Source of the DNA: Candidatus Dojkabacteria bacterium
GTDB lineage: Bacteria; Patescibacteriota; Dojkabacteria; GCA-002793355
Reading direction: 5' to 3'
Assembly: GCA_030583685.1 (NCBI GenBank)
Contig: CP129470.1
Location: forward strand, 404,345 to 468,344
Length of the DNA stretch: 64,000 nt
The notes under the pieces were generated by a model. That model saw only the letters and a program-made list of their open reading frames with translations. It had not been told where the DNA came from and did no database searches. A program made the position numbers and the translations under genes. Positions 58,368 through 64,000 of this stretch are shown one piece after another; the first letter of the stretch is position 1; every line of letters starts with the position of its first letter.

Positions 58368-60830
58368 CTAAAAGAAGCCTCCAAATCCACTCTTGCTTGG
58401 TGCATCGGCGACGGGGCGATTGGTTCTCTTTCTGATTTCTTCACGCACGTAATTAGCATCTCGGCCATAGCGAACACGCGATAATTGTTTAATTAGTTCA
58501 CTTGTTCTTTCTTGTTTTGGATATCGCTGATCCATATTGTAGAACGTACTCATCGAAAATGGAGATGTTGCAACACCTGATACCAATGTTTTGATATACA
58601 CATTCGCATTTTCTAGTCGAATTAAATCTTGTTGTTGGAAGATTGGAGCAAATTCCTTGGCAAGATATTCTGCGTCGGTTGCACCCACACGAAAAGACAT
58701 TAACGTACCCACATTACCGAACACTGCATTACGAACTTGCTCGGTCATTTGATTGATATATTGGTTTGCGACAACAAGGTTTAGACGGTATTTTCGGGCT
58801 TCAGAAAGTATCTGGGCAAAATCTTCAGTCGCAAAGTTTTGGAACTCGTCAACATAGAGATAAAAATCTTTTCTGTCCGCTTCCGGCATATCTTCACGAC
58901 TCAAGGCAGCACGAAGTATTTTCGGAATAATCAACAAACCAAGGAACTGCGCATTTTGTTCACCAATCAACCCTTTGGAAAGGTTAATCAACAAAATCTT
59001 TTTGCTGTCCATTACTTCTCTAAAATTGAACGATGAGGTACTCTGTCCAATAATATGGCGAATCAATAAGTTGGTTGTAAAACGGTCAAACTTTGATGTT
59101 AACCAGCCAAGAATTTCAGATTTTTCCCGCTGCTCGGTATTTGCCATTTCTACCAACCAGTAGTTTCGCACTTCGTCATCATCCACCTTGTCCATAAAAG
59201 AAAGCGCAAAACGTTCGTCTGTAATAGCACGAAGGACCTCAATAAAGGTGTTCTCTGGTTCTGTCATAACCGCGAGCATTGCGTTACGAACTGCACGTTC
59301 AAATCGCGGACCAACAATACCCTGATCATGGGGGTCATACATTTTTCTCATTAGCCCCAAAAAGCCGTTAACAATTTCATGTCTTTCAAAAACATTCCGA
59401 TGTTCAAGATAGTTCATACCCAGTGGTCTTTCTGTATCAGCGGCATTGAAGTAGATAACATCTTCCGCACGCTCTGGAGGAATTCTTCGCATAATTTCTG
59501 CAATTGCCGAGCCGTGTGGATCAAGAAAGGCAATGCCATTGCCAGCATAAATATCCTGCATTGCGAGGTCAGTTAACGCATACGATTTCCCTGTACCCGT
59601 TTGCCCGACAATATACATATGTCGACGTCGGTCATCTGGGCTGACAAAAATTTCACGTCGAACTCCTTGGTATACCGAACCACCGATCCATGTTCCTTTA
59701 CTTGGTAAATTCGGGGGCGGGGGAGCTTTTTTAGCATAAAGCCACTCAATATTTGGCGTTTTGACATTCTTATTTGGAAAATGAAAAAGCGTTGCGAGCT
59801 CCTCGGAGTTTAACACCACATTATTTTTGTCGGAAACTTTTCTATACACGAAATCCTCCATAAACTGTCTCAACTTTTTGCCTTCAATTCGTTTAAACCG
59901 CAGTGAGTTAAGTCCCGGATTGGTAAATTGTGCGAAACTACTTGCCAACGTATTGAGTCGAGACATTGCAAAATCTTCAGACGGACCTGCCATCACCATG
60001 CGGAAATAGGTGTTAAAACCAACTTTTGATGTCTTCTTTGTTATTGCATTCATTTTTTCTTGTGCAACAAAGATTTTTGGCTTCGACTTCCCTTCTTTAT
60101 CGGGAGTAGCCATATTGTTTTCATTAACTTTTTGGATAAACTTCTGCCCTTTCTTTGACCATTTCATATCGGCAGGGACTATTAGCATTTGCAACGCACC
60201 ACCTTCACCGTCAACCATATTGGCAAAAGCACCTGCAATAGAAGTCATGGGATCCGACTTGTCTTCATACTCCGCGTAGGTCTTCAAGGGTTGATAATTA
60301 TGCTCTGTTAATTCGAAAGATCCGGCAACGACACTGCTTCCTTCTTTAAAAAAGTTTGGCTCAGGAACTTCAACCATTTCCGCGTTTTGATAGGAACCAA
60401 GTACTAACTTTTCGATAAGTTGTGCATACTTTTTCGGCGTGTATACATAAAAACCAATATGTTCCGGATACGCAATAATTTCGAAACTAATCCCCTCATC
60501 TGAAGACAGTAGTTTTTGAAAGAAATTTTTTTTCTTGTAAATGCCGTACACACTCGCAAACAATTGTTCCGCAGCCTTTAAGGGGATTTCATTATCATAC
60601 GGACAACGAACAATATACATCGCATAGGAGAGTGCCTTGTCTTCGCGATCTTGCTGACGAATTATTTTTGCGTACCACAAAAAAAGACCCGCAATCATTC
60701 CGATTCCGAGAAGAATTACGCCAAGTATACCGACAATTACCCACTGATCACTAGAAAGTGTTGTATTCCCTGTATAGTATGCTGTAGGTGTCGACCCAAA
60801 TGTGAACTGGGCAGCAAAATGTATTCCCAT
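58368..60830 (-). CDS. Type IV secretion coupling-protein-like ATPase (TraG/TraD/VirD4 family, TraG-D_C-like domain) with an N-terminal TM
   Basis: 820 aa. N-terminal TM. Walker A IVGQTGTGKS. Walker B YLYVDEFQNF followed by ILSEARKYRLNLVVANQYINQM, the pattern of the TraD/TraG C-terminal domain. Confidence 0.6.
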   Translation of the reverse strand: MGIHFAAQFTFGSTPTAYYTGNTTLSSDQWVIVGILGVILLGIGMIAGLFLWYAKIIRQQDREDKALSYAMYIVRCPYDNEIPLKAAEQLFASVYGIYKKKNFFQKLLSSDEGISFEIIAYPEHIGFYVYTPKKYAQLIEKLVLGSYQNAEMVEVPEPNFFKEGSSVVAGSFELTEHNYQPLKTYAEYEDKSDPMTSIAGAFANMVDGEGGALQMLIVPADMKWSKKGQKFIQKVNENNMATPDKEGKSKPKIFVAQEKMNAITKKTSKVGFNTYFRMVMAGPSEDFAMSRLNTLASSFAQFTNPGLNSLRFKRIEGKKLRQFMEDFVYRKVSDKNNVVLNSEELATLFHFPNKNVKTPNIEWLYAKKAPPPPNLPSKGTWIGGSVYQGVRREIFVSPDDRRRHMYIVGQTGTGKSYALTDLAMQDIYAGNGIAFLDPHGSAIAEIMRRIPPERAEDVIYFNAADTERPLGMNYLEHRNVFERHEIVNGFLGLMRKMYDPHDQGIVGPRFERAVRNAMLAVMTEPENTFIEVLRAITDERFALSFMDKVDDDEVRNYWLVEMANTEQREKSEILGWLTSKFDRFTTNLLIRHIIGQSTSSFNFREVMDSKKILLINLSKGLIGEQNAQFLGLLIIPKILRAALSREDMPEADRKDFYLYVDEFQNFATEDFAQILSEARKYRLNLVVANQYINQMTEQVRNAVFGNVGTLMSFRVGATDAEYLAKEFAPIFQQQDLIRLENANVYIKTLVSGVATSPFSMSTFYNMDQRYPKQERTSELIKQLSRVRYGRDANYVREEIRKRTNRPVADAPSKSGFGGFF

Positions 60831-60887
60831 ACCCGTCAGTATAGCAGAGAAACTACTTCATCACTATGTTTTCTTAAAGAAAAAGGC

Positions 60888-61436
60888 TTATACCAACCCA
60901 AGCAATTTCCAGAGGGCACGAAGTGCTTTTAACAAAATTACTGACTGCCACACCGTTCCATTTGTTGGATCCCCTGATGTTGCCGTTTGTTGCAAGAGCC
61001 CAGATTTCGGATCATTTATTAACCCTTGGGTAACTGTGTAATAGCCAGAAACTCGACTCGTTAGCTGCTGAGTCGTTACTCCGCCACTAAAGGTTGCTTG
61101 TCCAAGTTCTGGATTGATGAATCTTTTTTCTCCTTCTCGAGAGGTGTCAGGAGTAAGTGGCGTTTGCAATTCTGGTGTTTTACTCTCTGAAACCTCAACC
61201 CTCTCAGGTGTCTGCTCTGTCGCAGCGTCTGGTTTTCGTGGTGACTCTGGTTGTTTAGGCTGAAGTTGAGGCAAAAATGTTTCTCGAGACGAGGAATCTG
61301 GAGCGCCTTCTGCATGCCCTGGTGACGCAAATGCCGCTTCGGCGTTTTCAATCGGATATGCTGGTATCTCGCCAGCGGCCTGTTGTACATGCTGCCCCTC
61401 AGATTCTCTCCCGGGGGTAATTCCTGGTTGCACCAT
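60888..61436 (-). CDS. Pro/Glu/Thr-rich low-complexity protein with a C-terminal hydrophobic segment, hypothetical
   Basis: 182-aa ORF, GC-rich, disordered composition, ends VWQSVILLKALRALWKLLGLV. Confidence 0.35.
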   Translation of the reverse strand: MVQPGITPGRESEGQHVQQAAGEIPAYPIENAEAAFASPGHAEGAPDSSSRETFLPQLQPKQPESPRKPDAATEQTPERVEVSESKTPELQTPLTPDTSREGEKRFINPELGQATFSGGVTTQQLTSRVSGYYTVTQGLINDPKSGLLQQTATSGDPTNGTVWQSVILLKALRALWKLLGLV

Positions 61437-61466
61437 TCGTCATTGTAGCAGAATTATCTCTGCTTG

Positions 61467-61928
61467 TTATTTAACTTCCACTGTTCTTAACTCACGTTGC
61501 ACCTTTACCTTCTCTTCTCGTTCCTTTTTTCTGTTTTTTTTGTCGTATTTTCGGAGAGAACGTGCCAACGCTATTTCTACTTTTACGAGATTATTCTCTA
61601 TGCCGACAACAACAGGAATCACTTGCGCTTTTAATTGTTGTCTTTTTGTTGAAAGTTCCAACAGTTGCTTCTTCGTGAGCAAGAGAACTCTGTCTCGTTC
61701 AGGAATATAACCGCTACTGCTCGACTTATTGGCATGTTTCCAGAGAGGAATGTATAAATTTCGAATAATTGCACCTCGTGGATTTACAAAAACATATGCA
61801 CCTTCTAGTTTTCCCTGTCCTTCTTTAAGACTTTTTGTTTCCGCGCCGGTCAAGATAATACCTGCACTATATTTTTCAATGAATTCATAGTCAAAGGACG
61901 CTTTTTTGTTTCTCGCAATAACTTTCAT
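61467..61928 (-). CDS. smpB: SsrA-binding protein SmpB
   Basis: IARNKKASFDYEFIEKYSAGIILTGAE and the C-terminal basic tail are typical of SmpB. 153 aa. Confidence 0.8.
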   Translation of the reverse strand: MKVIARNKKASFDYEFIEKYSAGIILTGAETKSLKEGQGKLEGAYVFVNPRGAIIRNLYIPLWKHANKSSSSGYIPERDRVLLLTKKQLLELSTKRQQLKAQVIPVVVGIENNLVKVEIALARSLRKYDKKNRKKEREEKVKVQRELRTVEVK

Positions 61929-61967
61929 TCCTGTATTATCTCACAAACCCAGCAACAATTATCACGC

Positions 61968-64000
61968 TTATAATTTTACTCTCCAAATGGTAGTCCCTGA
62001 GAGAATATAGAGATACACTTCTTGATTTCGAGAGTTAACATCGATTGCTATGGATTTTATATCAGAAAATCGATCGTCGTTTTTGTCGAACTGAAATGTT
62101 TTTTCAACAACTCCTCTCCCAGGATGTCGCGAGTTCGGTTTTTCAATTGAGAGCACAGCATGCTTCGTCTTATCATATACATAGAGGTTTCTTTCATTCG
62201 ATGGGTTTGTGTATGACGGACCAATCTCGCCTAATTCTGCACTTTGCGGAATTGCGAAAGCATCTTGTTTTGGTCCATAAAATCGTTTAATCTCACCTTT
62301 TCCTTCTATCGTCGCAATGGTATAAATAAAGCCATCAATACTAATAGTCCTTACTCCCAGCAAATCCGTTAAATAGCGAGTTGGCGTCTCGAAGCCTCCT
62401 CCCGGTTTTGCGGTAATTTTGTATACGACATTTGCGGAAGTCGGCACGACATATGCATTTTTTGCATATCCATCAACATACAGACATTCACCAATTGTAC
62501 CGGGTTCTGCGCCAACAATACGGTTAAATCCTGACGCACCACCCGAGGCATTATTGGAAAAATACAATACACCATTTTCTTTATCGCAAACAAACAGTGT
62601 TCCTTCACCTGTTCCCACCGTTATTGGGTCAACAACAAGTCCCAGGGGATCTTCAAGTTTCATCACTGACTTGTTCTCAACATTTAGTTGATAAATCGCG
62701 TTACGTCCCTTATCTGCAACAACAATTGACGTTCCACGAAAAGTAATCGAAGAAATATCTGAATCATTCCCGAGAGAAACTCGAAAATCTGTCACGAGCT
62801 CCGCTTCTTTAACTCTCACAATACCGTAGATCCGATCAAATGTCGCCTCACACTCAGATACTTTTGCCTGCACCTGGCTTGTTAGAACAGAAATTTGCTC
62901 TTTCATCTCAACAGATTTAATGCGGGGCAATACCTCCGCTTCTTTCTTGTACACCTTGTCTGCTTCAGGTCTACAAAACTCTAATTGTCTTTCGGTGTCT
63001 TCTGTATCAATTACCGCAATATTTTGCTCAAAGAACTTGGAAAAGGTCCCAACTTGTTCTTGATACGTAGCCAACAATTCTGCTTCCAAATTTCTTTGAC
63101 GAATATTCCCGCGAATCCAAAAAAAGAGGATTACCACCACAAGCACTACGATGAGAATCACCCCTGGCTGAATTTTTTTCTTCTCAAGGAGTGTGGGGCG
63201 GCTGAGAAAAACCTTTTTGGGAACCATGCTTGCATAGTCTTTTCCAAAAAGTTTCAAAACATTTTGATACCCCAATAGCAACGCGCCAACAAGTACTCCA
63301 GAAATGGCTTTTGTAACCGGATGGCGAACGATTTTTCCCCAGAGAGAATGCCGAGCACGAAGTTCCTGTACATAATCTCTCCCTCGTGTTGGCAAAGAGG
63401 GAGGTTGAACAACGGAAGATACTGTTTCCTGAGAAGAAAGAGGAATTCCCTCCTGTGCCTCATCAACAATTCCTTTGTATGCACTTTTCTCAACAACCAT
63501 ACCTGGTGTTATCTCTTCAGCAACCACGAAGTCATCAACGGTAATCCCTTTCCCCGGAAGCGAAATTTCTGGATCAATCAGATGCTCCTCGTCAGATGGT
63601 TTTTCTTCCTCGGTAAATTCATCTTGTGACGACATGACTGGAGGGGGCTTAATATACCCTTTATCATCTTCCTCAGGCAATCCTTTCTCTTCTGCAAACT
63701 CCACCAAAGGATCTTCCTCCACACGGGTGTTTACTTCTTCTGTTGAATCTTTTAATACTCGATCCTCTGCTGCGTCATGTTGAGAAGAAACCTCTTCTGG
63801 CGGAAGGGCTGATTGCAATAATGAAGTACTTTTTCCTTTTTTAATTCTTTCAGTAACCTGCTCTAACAGTGCCTTTGTTTTAGCCACCAAGAGACTACCA
63901 AGGGCGCCTGCTTCTTTCGCAAAATGACTTAGTAACGCTGTTTTTTTCTGTAGGGAAGCTGAAACTTTTTCCTCGCCTTCCGTTGCAGCAATGACAAATA
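61968..64000 (-). CDS. Large hypothetical protein: acidic N-terminal region, one TM, C-terminal beta-propeller-like domain; 5' end probably outside the window
   Basis: The track ORF 61968..63890 begins at a TTG. The same frame stays open with no stop to the window edge at 64000. TM VILIVVLVVVILFFWI. C-terminal repeated strand motifs (VVADKGRNAIYQL, LFVCDKENGVLYF). Confidence 0.5.
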   Translation of the reverse strand, partial: FVIAATEGEEKVSASLQKKTALLSHFAKEAGALGSLLVAKTKALLEQVTERIKKGKSTSLLQSALPPEEVSSQHDAAEDRVLKDSTEEVNTRVEEDPLVEFAEEKGLPEEDDKGYIKPPPVMSSQDEFTEEEKPSDEEHLIDPEISLPGKGITVDDFVVAEEITPGMVVEKSAYKGIVDEAQEGIPLSSQETVSSVVQPPSLPTRGRDYVQELRARHSLWGKIVRHPVTKAISGVLVGALLLGYQNVLKLFGKDYASMVPKKVFLSRPTLLEKKKIQPGVILIVVLVVVILFFWIRGNIRQRNLEAELLATYQEQVGTFSKFFEQNIAVIDTEDTERQLEFCRPEADKVYKKEAEVLPRIKSVEMKEQISVLTSQVQAKVSECEATFDRIYGIVRVKEAELVTDFRVSLGNDSDISSITFRGTSIVVADKGRNAIYQLNVENKSVMKLEDPLGLVVDPITVGTGEGTLFVCDKENGVLYFSNNASGGASGFNRIVGAEPGTIGECLYVDGYAKNAYVVPTSANVVYKITAKPGGGFETPTRYLTDLLGVRTISIDGFIYTIATIEGKGEIKRFYGPKQDAFAIPQSAELGEIGPSYTNPSNERNLYVYDKTKHAVLSIEKPNSRHPGRGVVEKTFQFDKNDDRFSDIKSIAIDVNSRNQEVYLYILSGTTIWRVKL

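Noticed and set aside
1-64000. Alternative genetic code (UGA=Gly, code 25) as in some reduced-genome lineages
   Set aside because: Long standard-code ORFs (LeuRS 863 aa, PolA, FtsH, and the 1201-aa and 921-aa proteins) are uninterrupted. Genes do not appear fragmented at TGA, so code 11 fits.
1-64000. CRISPR array or IS/transposase
   Set aside because: No regularly spaced direct repeats and no transposase-like ORF were seen. The only notable repeats are the tRNA-Pro 3' duplication and the Thr-codon tracts inside the surface-protein genes.

Overview
This window is compact and gene-dense, with moderate-to-low GC, and is mostly housekeeping genes interleaved with large surface or membrane proteins. 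Standard-code ORFs are intact: LeuRS (863 aa), PolA and FtsH are all uninterrupted. The gene content looks like a reduced-genome bacterium, possibly Patescibacteria/CPR-like; that is an inference, not something the sequence proves.

Recognisable genes include:
- a 5'-truncated RimK-associated retropepsin-like protease, two tandem RimK-type ATP-grasp ligases and a GNAT acetyltransferase with a long C-terminal extension;
- a ComEC-like channel domain, endonuclease IV, leuS, two Cof/HAD hydrolases plus a double-HAD fusion, and an O-antigen-ligase-like protein with TPRs;
- two ABC exporter fusions, an AMMECR1-like protein, fmt, an SPFH protein and SanA/DUF218;
- a Rel-like (p)ppGpp synthetase whose HD domain appears degenerate, two tandem small HD alarmone-hydrolase paralogs, and a divergently transcribed OmpR-type winged-helix regulator with an unknown N-terminal domain;
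- a 1201-aa NHL-repeat surface protein, a CsaA-like tRNA-binding protein, trpS, polA, ftsH, a Xer-type tyrosine recombinase, an FtsB-like protein, an RsuA/RluB pseudouridine synthase, greA, a cupin, a GT4 glycosyltransferase, an NrnA-like DHH phosphoesterase, a standalone receiver domain, a TraG/VirD4-like coupling-protein ATPase and smpB.

Seven tRNAs were found by hand-folding: Gly-CCC, Pro-CGG, Val-TAC, Ala-GGC, elongator Met-CAT, initiator fMet-CAT and a rare Ile-TAT.

The most notable observations are:
- the alarmone (synthetase, two hydrolases, regulator) cassette;
- the protease/RimK/RimK/GNAT peptide-ligase cassette;
- tRNA-Ile(UAU);
- a 17-nt direct repeat of the tRNA-Pro 3' end together with a perfect 11-bp hairpin;
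- a roughly 730-bp ORF-free gap;
- a coupling-protein-like ATPase near a receiver domain and giant beta-propeller surface proteins.

No CRISPR array, rRNA or obvious IS element was seen.
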